Source: Malacoraja senta (lineage: Eukaryota). Taken from it: 64,000 nucleotides of DNA. The notes below the pieces were generated by a model. It had not been told where the DNA came from and did no database searches. It saw nothing but the letters and a program-made list of their open reading frames with translations. Below, one piece after another: positions 1 to 13,216 of this stretch. The translations under genes and the position numbers were made by a program. Numbering within the stretch: the first letter of the stretch is position 1; every line of letters begins with the position of its first letter. Where the stretch lies: NCBI GenBank assembly GCA_038087875.1, contig CM075990.1, forward strand, positions 8,682,001 to 8,746,000. The letters are read 5' to 3'.

Positions 1-304
1 AACTCCATTGCTCCGCTCATCTGTGGAATAAGACCATGAGGCCCAGGGGCAGAATTTGGCCATTCAGCTCATCGCATCCTCTCTGCAATTCCATCATGGC
101 TGATCGGATAAATAAATGCTTTTCTCAGTGAAGAACCTCCCTGGGGGCCACAGGACACGTGGACCCGAGCAATGATGTCCAGAAAAGGTTGCAACTGGAG
201 AGTTAAATTGGAAGGAAACACACTCACAATTATATCGCATCTTTATGACCCTCAGGTTACCCAAAGTGCTTCACAGCCAACTGCGTATCTCCATAGTGTA
301 GTCA

Positions 305-640
305 GTAGGAAAGAACTGCAGATGCTGGTTTAAATTGGAGGCAGACACAAAATGCTGAAGTAACTCAGCAGGACAGGCAGCAACTCTGGAGAGAAGGAAT
401 GGATGACGTTTCGGGTCGAGACCCTTCTTCAGTCGGAAGCCGAGACAACACTTCCCCTCTCTCCCATCTACTTCCCCATCTCATGTTTGCAGTCGGAAGA
501 AGGGGCTCGACCCGAAGCGTCACCCATTCCTTCTCTCCAGAGATGCCGCCTGTCCCGCTGAATTATTCCAGCATTTTGTGTCTACCCTTCAAAGTGTTTT
601 ATTGACAGTGTAAACCAGCATCTGCAGTTCCTTCCAGCAC
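305..640. mobile_element. Penelope-derived short element, inverted dimer with a 52-nt captured insert
   Basis: Two inverted copies of the GGAACTGCAGATGCTGG...GACGTTTCGGGTCGAGACCCTTCTTCAG repeat. The same sequence forms the 3' end of the GIY-YIG-coding fragment at 54900-55469. Confidence 0.75.
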
Positions 641-997
641 ATGTAGTCAGTTGTGATAGGGCAAAGAGTAGCAAGCAACTTGAAAATAGCAAACTCCCTT
701 AAAGCATTTAGTCTGTTCTCAGAGTTTTGGCAGAAGGATAAGCAAAGGTAAGGATACCAAGTTGACAATTTAAGATAGGTTTATTTACTAAATTTGGTCA
801 CTATTTATAGACTCATGCCTACCCTTTTCTCTGATGCACTGGCCCTCGGTACTTTAACTCTTAAACGGAGAACTTCATATTCTAAACACTACCTGGCAAT
901 ATTCACTGCATCCATTGAAGCTGAGAATGGCAGATCTCAGTCAGCCTTTGGGGATCAGAATTAGAACCGGGAGAGGGACAGGTATTTAGTGTTTGAC

Positions 998-1219
998 GTG
1001 TAGGAAGGAACTGCAAATGCTGATTTAAACTGAAGATCGACACAAAAAGCTGGGGTAACTCAGCGGGTCAGACAACATCTCTAGAGAGAAAGAATAGGTG
1101 ACATTTTGGTTCGAGACCCTTCTTCAGACGAATGGTCTCGATCTGAAACGTCACCTATTCCTTTTCTCCATAAATGCTGACTGACTCGTTGAGTTACTCC
1201 AGCTTTTTGTGTTGATCTT
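998..1219. mobile_element. Penelope-derived inverted dimer (similar dimers at about 7023-7243, 13545-13727, 15883-16066, 61157-61308)
   Basis: Forward arm followed directly by its reverse complement, joined at the CCCTTCTTCAG / GAAACGTCACC motif. Confidence 0.75.
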
Positions 1220-1943
1220 GTTTGGTGTTAGATGCAGTACAGACTAAGTGTTAGAGAATGGCTGGTCCAGTGTAGTGGCGTTGTAATACTCGGATTAAAT
1301 GGTAAATGTGACAGGCTCAAATTCACCGGCTTGGGCTGATCCTGCAGCCCAGTGAAGTCACCCTGGCTTTAGCTGACAGCATGTCCATCACTGAAAGCTC
1401 TCGGCTGATCAAACACCACACATCTCTGCAGTTTGACCATGTCCTTGGTACTTACAACCTGGGAGGCATAATACAGATGGGAGTATTCACCTCCCATTGA
1501 CCTGCTGACTCCCAAAACTTTCTTGGCTACTTTGGAGTGATTTCATAAACGACTAAAGGTTGATATCTAAGACTTGATTCATTCCAACCACTGACCTTTC
1601 ATGGAATTATGTTGGAATCAGTTATGAATGATTCCCTCTGCAGTGTGAGGTTGTGACCTCCAGCTCCGCCTGTTTCAACATGAAGCTATGGTCCACGTTT
1701 ATCTTCTCCAGGTCGTCTGCTCATATCAGGCTCATTCTCAGTGGTTTCTTCCAAGGTTGAACAGCACGACTTCTCCAGCTTGTTTCAATCCACAACATTA
1801 TCCAGTGTTGCTAATCATAAGAGTCATACAGCATGGAAACAAGCGCCTTTGCCCAACTTTCCCACGCAACCACAATACTCCATCTACACTTGTCCCACCT
1901 GGCTGCATTTGGTCCATATTCTTCTAAATGTATCCAATCCATG

Positions 1944-2530
1944 TCAAGAGTCAAAAGTGTTTTATATGCCCCAGATAGGACAATGACATTCTTGCTTGCT
2001 GCTGCACAACAGAATATGCAAACATAGTACATAACGGGAGAAAAAAAGTTCAGTATGTGTAAATACACATGCACACATGCTCTATAAATATAGTGCAATA
2101 ATAATAATAATAGTCTGTTGTAGCTCAGAGCTTATTTGTTGTTGTGTTTAATAGCCTGATGGCTGTTGGGAAGAAGCTGTTCCTGAACCTGGACGATACA
2201 TTTTTCAGGCTCCTGTACCATCTTCCCGATGGCAACGGTGAGATGAGTGTGTGGCCAGGATGGTGTGGGTCTTTGAAGATGTTGGCTGCCTTTTTGAGGC
2301 TGCGACTTTGATAGATCCCTTCGTTGGTGAGGAGGTCAGAGCCAGTGATGGACTGGGCAGTGGTCACAACTTTTTGCAGTCATATCCGCTCCTGGACATT
2401 CAAGTTGCCGAACCAGGCCACGATGCAACCAGTCAGTATGCTCTCTACTGTGCACCTGTAGAATCCTCCTTGACATACCGACTCTCCGTAATCTTCTCAG
2501 GAAGTAGAGGCACTGATGTGCCTTTGTAAT
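1944..2530 (-). mobile_element. Rex1/Babar-like (L2-group) LINE 3' fragment
   Basis: Frameshifted ORF2 C-terminus (AHQCLYFLRRLRR; KKAANIFKDPHHPGHTLISPLPSGR...RFRNSFFPTAIRLLN) plus 3' UTR. Homologous to 16545-17100. Confidence 0.8.
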
Positions 2531-3624
2531 TGTATCAGTACCTGCCCAAGTCTTTTTCAAATGTTGTTATAGTACCTGGCTCAGTTACCTCCTCTGGCAG
2601 CTCATCCTATATACCTACCGATGGAGATTCTATTTTAATGTCTTTCAGCAACAGCGGTGAATCTGTGGAATTAATTGTCACAGATGGCTGTGGAGGCCAA
2701 GTCAATGGATATTTTTAAGGCGGAGATAGATAGATTCTTGATTAGTACGGGTGTCATGGGGAGAAGGCAGCAGAATGGGGATGAGAGGGAGAGATAGATC
2801 ATCTGTGATTAAATTGATGGGCCAAATGGCCTAATTCTGCTCCTATCACTTATGAACATGAACAACTGTGGCTGTATCACTTTTTACAACAAACTTCTGA
2901 CTCAATTACTTCAGTTCTCTTCTGTTGAACATTTCATCACAGTCAGGTACAGGGAAATATACAAGGCCTTTTAGACAGTGTGGTGTCTCTCCTTTTACAT
3001 TCATTTTGTGGATGCAAATTTTGTGGATACTCTATTGATTTTCCAGTTGATTCCAACTGCCTGCACAGTAACAGTTGTGATATTAATCCTATGTGTTTTT
3101 TAATCAGTATTTCCCCCACACTTCTCATCAATCCCAGCCAAGACAACACCTCCCCTCTCTCCCATCTACTTCCCCATCCCATGTTTGTATCCCAGTCGTT
3201 TACATATAAAACCTTCATATAGACACAAAATGCTGGAGTAACTCAGCGGGACAGGCAGCATCTCTGGATAGAAGATCCAGATCTCTGGATCTCTGGGTGA
3301 CGTTTCAGGTCGAGACCCTTCATCAGACTGAGCGTCAGGGGTGAGGGAGTGTAAGAGATCTAAAAAAAAATCTTAATTGTATCAGTTTTGTATCATGCAA
3401 GATAAAACATTCAATTGGTCTCATTAAGTCATAGTGTCCTCACGGTGACAATTTCAAGATTAAGAAATAGTTTGTTTGGAAATGGCAATATTTTGATCTT
3501 GCAGAATCATTCTTTAATCCAAACTGCTAGTCGATTAACAGCTTATAAAAATCAGCACTCATTTAATGATCAGAATCTTTATAATGCTTTGCCTGTCCTG
3601 GCTCATATAATAGCAACATATAAT

Positions 3625-4014
3625 AGTTGAAGGAATGTCGGCGAGCCCCCGGCAGGCCAAAGAAACGCTTCAAGGACAACATCAAGAACAGTCTGAAGAA
3701 ATTCCATATCACATCAAGCAACTGGGAGCACATTGCACTAGACAGGCGCTCCTGGAGGAAATCCGTGCAGGAAGGAGCTGCACTTGACGAAATGGAACTG
3801 CGCCGTGTCGCAGAGACAAAGCAACAGCACCGTAAGGAGAGAGAGAAGGGGGCTCGACGACTACCAACCACCGCCAGTCGCCACTGCCCACGTTGCAACA
3901 AGGTGTGTGGATCACAGTTCGGCCTCTACAGACATATGCAGACCCACAAGTCGATGATCCTATGGAGAGAACAGTCATACTCTTTTTGAGTGACCACTGA
4001 TGATGATGATGATG
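3625..4014 (+). mobile_element. RTE-clade LINE, 5'-truncated, with TSD
   Basis: C-terminal peptide GRPKKRFKD...DRRSWR...CPRCNKVCGSQFGLYRHMQTH and a (TGA)n tail. 16-bp TSD AATAGCAACATA(T/C)AAT at 3609-3624 and 4015-4030. Confidence 0.85.
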
Positions 4015-4619
4015 AATAGCAACATACAATGCTGAAAAGGTTCTGATGAATGGCCATTGATCTGAAATTGTAACTTTGTTTTTTTTTCTCTTCTATCAAT
4101 GCTGCCTAACTTGCAGAGTATTTTGAGCAGGTTCTTTTTTTCATGATTTCAGATTTCCAGGATGTGCAGTGCTTTGATTTTTTGCCTTTATCAGTCTGTC
4201 TCTGTTTTGTTCCTCTTTGGTTATAATATCAATTCTATTCCAAACCACAGAATCTCTCAGCTGTCTTTGATCTGTCAAAGTAGTGCAAACACTTTTCAAA
4301 TATTTATACCCTGAGCCAAATACCATGTATTGCTCAGGATTTGTATGCTTGGAGCCTTTTCAGTCCTGTGAGTCTGCGCTTCATTGATGCCACAGGTATC
4401 ATTGGTGTCATTGGTGTCAGGATATAGTTATTGGTTTATTATTTTCACGAGGGCTGAGATACAATGACAAATTTTGTTTGCATGCTATCGAGTCAGGTTG
4501 CACTGTACATGGGTATAATACACAATTACAACAGGTAGTATAAAGAAAATAATAAAAGTGCAGAATATAGTTTTACAGCCTTATAATGTTACAGATTGTG
4601 TTGACATTGGAGCATTATT

Positions 4620-4932
4620 ATTAGTTTAGTATAGAGATACAGCATGGAAACAGGCCCTTCGGCCCACCGGGTCTGCGCTGACTAGCGATCCCTGCACATT
4701 AACACTATCCTCCACCCACTAGGGACAATCTTTACATTTACCAAGCCAATTAACCTACAAACCTGTACGTCTTTGGAGTGTGGGAGGAAACCGAAGATCT
4801 CGGAGAAAATCCATGCAGGTCACGGGGAGAATATACAAACTCCGTACAGACAGCACCCGTAGTCGGGATCGAACCCGGGTATCCGGCGCTGCATTCGCTG
4901 TAAGGCAGCAACTCTACCTCTCTGCCGCCGTG
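4620..4932 (-). mobile_element. HE1/V-SINE-like tRNA-derived SINE (further copies at about 36044-36355 +, 38525-38815 -, 45525-45810 -, 54480-54778 -, 57810-58100 -)
   Basis: tRNA-like head (GGTTCGATCC B box), V-domain-like core GTCTGTACGGAGTTTGTA..TTCTCCCCGTGACC, CR1-like tail GGCCTGTTTCC, and (CTAAA)n end. Confidence 0.8.
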
Positions 4933-7717
4933 AATGTTCTGAGTTATGTTTATGCTTATGTTCCATATGTCTGTGGCCGTTCCCATCCACATCTATTAGA
5001 ATTTTGCATCAGTTGAGTGAAAACTTTCCTCTGCAACTGTGGCCTTGATTCAGACTCTGACAATACAATGAAAGTTACTCCAAATTGAACCCGGGTTACT
5101 ACAAAAATCTGCACAACTTGTTGTTATTCCTCATTTTTTTTTTCCATAAAGAGAACCAAAGGATGGTTAGGACTCTAAAGAGGTTTGAAGTGCCCGCGTG
5201 AATCATTCAATATGAAATTACTGACTGATACATCATGAGACGTCCATAACAACACCATATAATACACTGTAAGCTAATAAACAATAACACTTGTGTAGGA
5301 AGGAACTGCAGATGCTGGTTTAAACCGAAGATAGACACAAAATGCTGCAGTTACTCAGTGGGACAGACAGCATCTCGGAAAAAAAAGAATAGGTGATGTT
5401 TTGGGCCGAAACCCTTCTTCTAACAATTGATCATTTGAATGCTCTTTGCCTTTGCAGGGGTGATTGTTGTGATAAAAATCACTTGCTGAAGAAATCAGAA
5501 TTTAGCTTTAAGTATCACAGTATTTAGTGTTTTATCTGTTGGGTTCTTATTTGCCAGTGTTAGCATTTTATTTTAACAACCATTTACTGCAGATGGTAGT
5601 CACGGACTGGAGGGCTTTGATCAGCAATGTGGCCAAAGGAGCCAATGGAGATAGATGAAGCAAAATAATTCATGGGGCGATATTGATCGCTGGTTGAAGT
5701 GTGGGGGAGAATTGTGTTGATTACTGGTGGTAGCAGGCATCATCAAAACGTCAATGTATTGAAACGAGTTACGCCTCAATGCAATTGTCATCTCACTGCC
5801 TGTTGATCACTCTGCGGTCTTCCTTCCTATACATATTGTGATGAGCAAACACATTAGAAGGGAAGCTGCTGTCACTAATGAAGAAAAATCTCTTAAAGTC
5901 AATGAGCTTCCTGCAAAATAAAACGTGCAAGAAGATAATTGGTAGTCGGATAAGGATGGGCAACAATTAGAGAGTGAGTGCTGTCACTCATTGCAAAACA
6001 TGCCACATAAAATACATCATTAAACACGTTTAAGAAGCAATTACAAAATTATCTTGCAATTATGAATTGTAGAGATTATTTTAACCTTTACATTGGCAGT
6101 TCTGAGAGGAAGACGAATGAAATGAAAATTATAATATTTTAATAAAATATTTCCCCATATAATAAAATTAAAATTAAATTACTTCTGGACCTTATTATTC
6201 CTGCTGCTAGCACAAGATTTTTAGACGGGAGATCCAGTAATATGTCCATCAACTAAATGGTGCTCAGAATATCTATATCTATCTTTTAGAGCTGCGCAGC
6301 CTGCCTTTGGGATAATCACTGACTGATGCATCACAAGATGTCTATAACAATACCGTGCAATATACTGTAAGCTAATAAACAAAAGGAGCCTGCCATTGGA
6401 ATAAAGGAGATCACGGAGATTAATATGGCAAAGTTCAGTAAATAATCTAATTTGTGAAGCATACCGTAAGATCTAATGTTAACCAGTAATCATGAGGATT
6501 TTATTTGTTATGGTTCCTTGAATCATATTATAATCTCAAAATTAATTTTAGGAGTCAAGACTCGACACATGAGAATCAGACTTATGCTTGCAGATATGAC
6601 TAGAGGCTTAATGGGTTCATGTGGTCATCCTCTGTTCAGAATCAGTCCATCTATTTTTATGAGTTAATGCCGCTGCTAAATTGCAGAAAGGAAAATTCAT
6701 GTAAGCGCATTAAGTAGTTCTCCATTAAAGCCTTCTTCTCTGGCTGTTAGGCAGATCCTCTGACCCTATCATTTCAAATCCACTTTCTAACACTGTTCAT
6801 TCAAACATCACCCCGAGAAGCTGTGCAGGGAGGAACTGCAGATGCTGCTTTAAACCAAAACAGACATAAAAGGCTGGTATAACTCAGCATCCCTGGAGAA
6901 AAGGAATAGGTGATGTTTCGGGTCCAGACCCTTCTTCAGATCCCAAAAAGCTGCTTCTTTGCCCACTATTTGGGATTCCATAGACTCCCATCTCACAAAC
7001 CAGCATGGGTTAAAGCATATTGTTGGAAGGAACTGCAGATGCTGGTTTAAACCGAAGATAGACACAAAATGCTGGAGTAACTCAGTGGGACAGGCAGCAT
7101 CTCTGGAGAGAAGGAATGGGTGATGTTTCGGTTCGAGACCCTTCTTCAGACGTTTGGATCTTGACCCGAAACGTCACCCATTCCTTCTCTCCAGAAATGC
7201 TGCCTGTCCAGCTGATTTACTCCAGCATTTTGTATCTATCTTGGGTTAAAGCTTGTGTGCCCTACTATTGTAATTAGTCTTGCATTCTAGTTTGAAGGAG
7301 GTCACATTAAACATCCCCATTGTGGCTCCACCCTGAATTGCAATGAGAGTAACCAGACTTCAGGAATGATGGCAAGTTTTTGGGGAAGGTGTAGACGAGA
7401 TTTAGTGGAATGGCCCAAGAATTGAAAGACCATTGTGAAGAGTCTTCAGAAGCTAGGTTTGGCCTTCTTGTAGCAAAGAAATGCAAGGTATGATTTAATG
7501 GAGGTGTTCAAAGTTACTTTGATGAAGCATCTAAGGAGAAATAATTGCTATTGATGGGAAGCAATAACATGCTGGGAAATGAGGAGAATTTTACTTACAT
7601 CCTGTGATTTGAAAAGGGGGTGGTGGAACCAGGTTTGGTAGTAACTTTCAAAAGTCAATGGAAGATATTATGCAAAAGAAAACCAATTTGGGAGTGGGGG
7701 TGGGTCCTATGTCCATG

Positions 7718-8750
7718 AATGGTCCTTGATTACATTGGCTGCTTTCCCACATCAATGTGAAGTGTAGCTAGAGTTAATGGTGTTAAGGCTGGTTTGTGTG
7801 ATGGACTGGGTTGCATCCACAACTCTCTGTGGTCTTGGATGCGGCAGTTACCAAATCATGCTATGATACATCGAGATAGGAGAAGTGGTAACGATCATTG
7901 GAAACATGCTGAATTTGCTTAAGGGCCTGTCCCACTTTCACGACCTAATTCATGACCTCTGCCGAGTTTGCCCTTGACTCATACTCGCAGCATGGTCGTC
8001 ACGAGGTCGTAGGAGGTCGTAGGTAGGTCGTAGTAGGTCGTGATGCTAGTCGTAGGTACTCGTGGCATCAAGTAGGTCGGGGCGTTTTTTCTAGCCTGAT
8101 GAAAAATGTCCACGAGTAAAAAAGGTCGTGAATTAGGTCTTGAAAGTGGGACAGGCCCTTTAGTCTTCTGATGAGGTCACTGATGAAGTTGAGGCGTTGG
8201 TGTACTTTCTTGATTATAGCGTCAATGTGGTTGTACCAAGACAAATTGGTGGCGATATTTGCACCTCTGAACTTTAAGCTCTTGACTCCCTTCACTCTGG
8301 CACTATTGATACTGTTGTGTGAGGTTCATCTTTTGACAACTAGCTCCTTTGTTTTGTTGGCATTGTGGGACAGGTTGTTGTATTGACACCAGGTCACTAA
8401 GCTCTCTACTTCCTGTACTTTGTCTGGCCATTACTGGAGATCCAGCCCCCAACAGTGGCGTCATTTGCTAACTTGTAAAAGGTGTTGGAGCAGGAGTGTT
8501 GAGGGAATATCACAAAGGGCTGAAAACACAGCCTTGTGCCCCAGCATTGTACTCATTGTAGTAGTGTTGAGAATTTTCATGGAGGATATTTTGTCGCCAA
8601 CCAGTCCTTGTGTCGGGAAGTCAAGCATCCAAGGATTGGACAGGGGAGCAGTGAGCCAGAGGACCAGGAGTTTGGAGATGAATTTGCTTGGAGTTATGGT
8701 AGTGAAGGCAGAGCTATAGACAATGATGTGGGACTACCCTGCCCACTTTT
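7718..8750 (-). mobile_element. Degenerate Rex1/L2-group LINE fragment interrupted by a MITE
   Basis: Minus-strand translation KFRGANIATNLSWYNHIDAIIKKVHQRL. The LINE sequence resumes across the 7922-8159 insertion. Confidence 0.65.
7922..8159. mobile_element. PIF/Harbinger-type MITE, copy A
   Basis: TIR AGGGCCTGTCCCACTTTCA.GACCTAATTCA.GACCT and TTA TSD (7919-7921, 8160-8162). Confidence 0.85.
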
Positions 8751-9165
8751 GCTATAGGGCTTATATGGAAAGAATATCCATTGAACTCTGGGGCCTGGTG
8801 TTGGATCCAATCGCATTTGGTCATGAACCCACCCACTCTGCTTCCTTCCCACCAGACAACCCATCAGTTACACAACCTGCTTACTTTACATCCTATCTAT
8901 TGCACACTTTGTCCAGTTTTCATCCAAGCAGGCCCAATTTGACCATCATCCACCCTCCCCATTAGCCTACTATATCTCTTGTTTCTCTAATCCCTAACCA
9001 GTCTGAAGAAGGGTCTCAACCCGAAACGTCACCCATTCCTTCTCTCCAGAGATGCTGCCTGTCCCACTGAGTTGCTCCAGCTTTTTGTGTCTATCTTCAG
9101 TTTACTCCGGCATCTGAAGTTCCTTCCTACACATTTCGACTACCCACCATGTCTTCCCCTTGTTA

Positions 9166-9752
9166 TACAGTTGTACAGGGTCTTGGTGAGACCACACCTG
9201 GAGTATTGCGTACAGTTTTGGTCTCCTAATCTGAGGAAAGACATTCTTGCCATAGAGGGAGTACAGAGAAGGTTCACCAGACTGATTCCTGGGATGGCAG
9301 GACTTTCATATGAAGAAAGACTGGATAGACTCGGTTTGTACTCGCTAGAATTTAGAAGATTGAGGGGGGATCTTATAGAAACGTACAAAATTCTTAAGGG
9401 GTTGGACAGGCTAGATGCAGGAAGATTGTTCCCGTTGTTGGGGAAGTCCAGAACAAGGGGTCACAGTTTAAGGATAAGGGGGAAATCTTTTTTCAAGTTG
9501 AGGAAAACATTTTTCACACAGAGAGTGGTGCATCTCTGGAATTCTCTGCCACAGAAGGTAGTTGAGGCCAGTTCATTGGCTATATTTAAGAGGGAGTTAG
9601 ATGTGGCCCTTGTGGCTAAAGGGATCAGGGGGTATGGAGAGAAGGCAGGTACAGGATACTGAGTTGGATGATCAGCCATGATCATATTGAATGGCGGTGC
9701 AGGCTCGAAGGGCCGAATGGCCTACTCCTGCACCTATTTTCTATGTTTCTAT
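9166..9752 (+). mobile_element. CR1-clade (HER1-like) LINE 3' fragment
   Basis: ORF2 C-terminus LYRVLVRPHLEYCVQFWSP...RRLRGDLIE...FFTQRVV.LWNSLP, 3' UTR and (TTCTATGT) tail. Other CR1 fragments at about 2625-2860, 33045-33467, 34445-34935, 44170-44790, 47712-47965, 48240-48790 (-), 51443-51698, 62525-62900 (-), 63860-64000. Confidence 0.9.
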
Positions 9753-11170
9753 ACTCTGCCCCCCACACACATTGTCTGTTGCATACATGTCCACTCTTCA
9801 CACCTCTCACAAAATGCCTTGCCTATCGCCTATACCCCTATTATGTACCTACCTGTTATTCACACTCTGAGCACATCCACCAATGCCTATTTTACACACA
9901 CAGATTTTGCACATTGATGAATCGAAGGACTTGATCTTTGGACCAAGGACTTATATTGTGAAACTGTCACTAACTTGAACCCGTTTGGGAACCAAATTCT
10001 CAAGGCTATTTCGAGAATTGTTAATGCATGAAACGGGATGTGTTATTTTGGCAGTGACAGGTGCCTTTATGAGTCTGGGAGATAATATTACTGGCGGAGT
10101 GTGAGAAGTCTTTCCTGTGATGTTTTCTGTGTGGGCATTGATAAAATTCTCAGAGGTGAGATTGCACATAATTCCACAATTATGCCTTTTGAAATTGCAC
10201 AGACAATCACCTTTTAAAATTCGCTAGATGTTTCAGCCACTAGTTTTTAACTGGTTAATAGGCCTGGCTCACAAAGCTCCTCTATTTAATGACTGCCATT
10301 AAAAGATCGATTGTTCCATTTCAATGCTAAAGTCTGGAATCTTTCACTCTCGGTGAACGCTCCCCAACAAATTCCTCTCGGCCCCAAAATTTGGCAATTC
10401 CAAGCTGTGTGAAGTCAGATTAAGCCCTGGTGCTCAGTGGATCACCAGCATAGGCTTGTGGTACAATCCGAGATGCCCTTTGACTCCAACAAATACTAGA
10501 GAAGATTAAAAAGTTGCTGTCACGCTTTATTGATTTTTTTCCCACTTAAAACACAATTTCGAGTCCATTTATCGATGCGGTTCAAATACTAACATTCTTA
10601 CGATGCATTCCTGATAGAAACGAGCCTACATTTTAATTGTTCCAGCTTATTTGTACTTGGGCTGAAATTGAAAGAGATGAGTCATGCTTTAATGGGTAAG
10701 GAAACAGAGGAACAGCATTAATAGATAGGAGAGAGTTCTAATTTACTCTGGCTGTTATGAATAATAAATAAATGTTTATCCCTTTTGTCTCCCAGCCACG
10801 TCTTCTTTTTACGTTTATCTTTAATTCTAATTACTGGTCTGTTGTGATTCCCTTGGTGCTGAAGCAGTCTGTCACAAGGTGTACGAGCTCAGGGAAATAC
10901 AGCTGGTTAGTCGGGACACAGAAGTCAGACGGAGGTCTCTATTCTCTTGAAAAGGACATTTCATAATTACATAAATGGGCCTTAGCTGTCCAAAAGTACT
11001 GCAGAGTATCCACTTGGGGCATTGTGGCGTTGTGGTAGGGTTGATGCCTTGCTGTGACAAAACCTGGGTTTGATCCTGACTATGGGTGCTGTCTGTATGG
11101 AGTTTGTACGTTTTCCCCATGACCATGTAGGTTTTCTCCGGTTGCTCCTGTTTCCACCACACTCCAAAGA

Positions 11171-11794
11171 CAATAGACAATAGACAATAGGTGCAGGAGT
11201 AGGCCATTCGGCCCTTCGAGCCAGCACCGCCATTCAATGTGATCATAGCTGATCATCCCCCGTTCCTGCCTTCTCCCCATATCCCCTGACTCCCCTATTT
11301 TTAAGAGCCTTATCTAGCTCTCTCTTGAAAGCATCCAGAGAATCTGCCTCCACCGCCCTCTGAGGCAGAGAATTCCACAGACTTACCACTCTCTGTGAGA
11401 AAAAGTGTTTCCTCGTCTCCATTCTAAATGGCTTACTCCTTATTCTTAAACGGTGGCCCCTGGTTCTGGACTCCCCCAACATCAGGAACATGTTTCCTGC
11501 CTCTAGCATGTCCAAACACTTAACAATCTTATATATTTCAATGAGATTGCCTCTCATCCTTCTAAACTCCAGAGTGTACAAACCCAGCTGCTCCATTCTC
11601 TCAGCATATGACAGTCCCGCCATCCCGGGAATTAACCTTGTAAACCTAAGCTGCACTCCCTCAATAGCAAGAATGTCCTTCCTCAAATTAGGGCACCAAA
11701 ACTGCACACAATATTCCCGGTGTGGTCTCACTTGGGCCCTGTACAACTGCAGAAGGATCTCTTTGCTCCTATATTCGATTCCTCTTGTTATAAA
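11171..11794 (-). mobile_element. CR1-clade LINE fragment inserted into a V-SINE (SINE halves at about 11015-11170 and 11795-11940)
   Basis: ORF 11243-11746 is CR1 ORF2 C-terminus with a (CTATTGT)n tail. The SINE core reads continuously (CACTCCAAAGA | ...CAGGT.TGCAGGTTAATTGG) across the insertion. Confidence 0.85.
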
Positions 11795-12654
11795 GATGTT
11801 CAGGTCTGCAGGTTAATTGGCTTTGGTAAAGATTGTAAATTGTCCCTAGTGTGTAGGATAGACCTTGTGTATGGAGTGATCGCTGTTAGGTGCAGACGGT
11901 GGGCCGAAGGGCCTGTTTCCATACTGTATCTCTAAACTAAATGTCATTGAAACGAAGTGGAGTAGAAGTCTGAAGAAGGGTTTCGACCCGAAACGTTGCC
12001 TATTTCCTTCGCTCCATAGATGCTGCCTCACCCGATGAGTTTATCCAGCATTTTTGTCTGCTGTCATTGATATGAATACTACTCTCGTATTGGTCTTAAC
12101 TAATTTCTACACAGAATTAAGGTTATTTATCATGCAGATGTTCTAATGCTGTAGGATTACAATGCCAGGTAACCTTCTGGGCTAATGTCTCATCAGATAG
12201 TATGCTTCAAATAAACACTCTGCACGCTAGTTACCTGAACTGAATCCAGCTAGCCTGAATTATATTTGTTGATTAAACTCAAGTAAAGTACTTACCTTGG
12301 TTCTGACTAGTAGTATTTTCTGCACTTGGACTCCTTACCTGGAATGAGAACTGGGATCATGTAAACAGTTTGATTGGAGAATTTAAATGGAATATAGTTT
12401 CATCTCTGCCTCCTGAGAGGGTCCAGATTGTGCTTGCTGCAGCTTGCTTGCTGCAGGTGCTCAGCGGCAGTGCATCTCCTGCGACCGCACCTAACACCTA
12501 TGCAATCCGCAATCCTTGCAATGGACCTTATGGCCTAGAGTGGGCCACCAGAGTGAATGTGGTCCCCAGAGATTCTGTCACGTTGTGTTGGTCTTGTGCC
12601 TACTCCTTGCTGTTTCCACAAGGTACAAGGTTTTCATTGTACCTGTACCATGAC

Positions 12655-13216
<562 letters not shown>

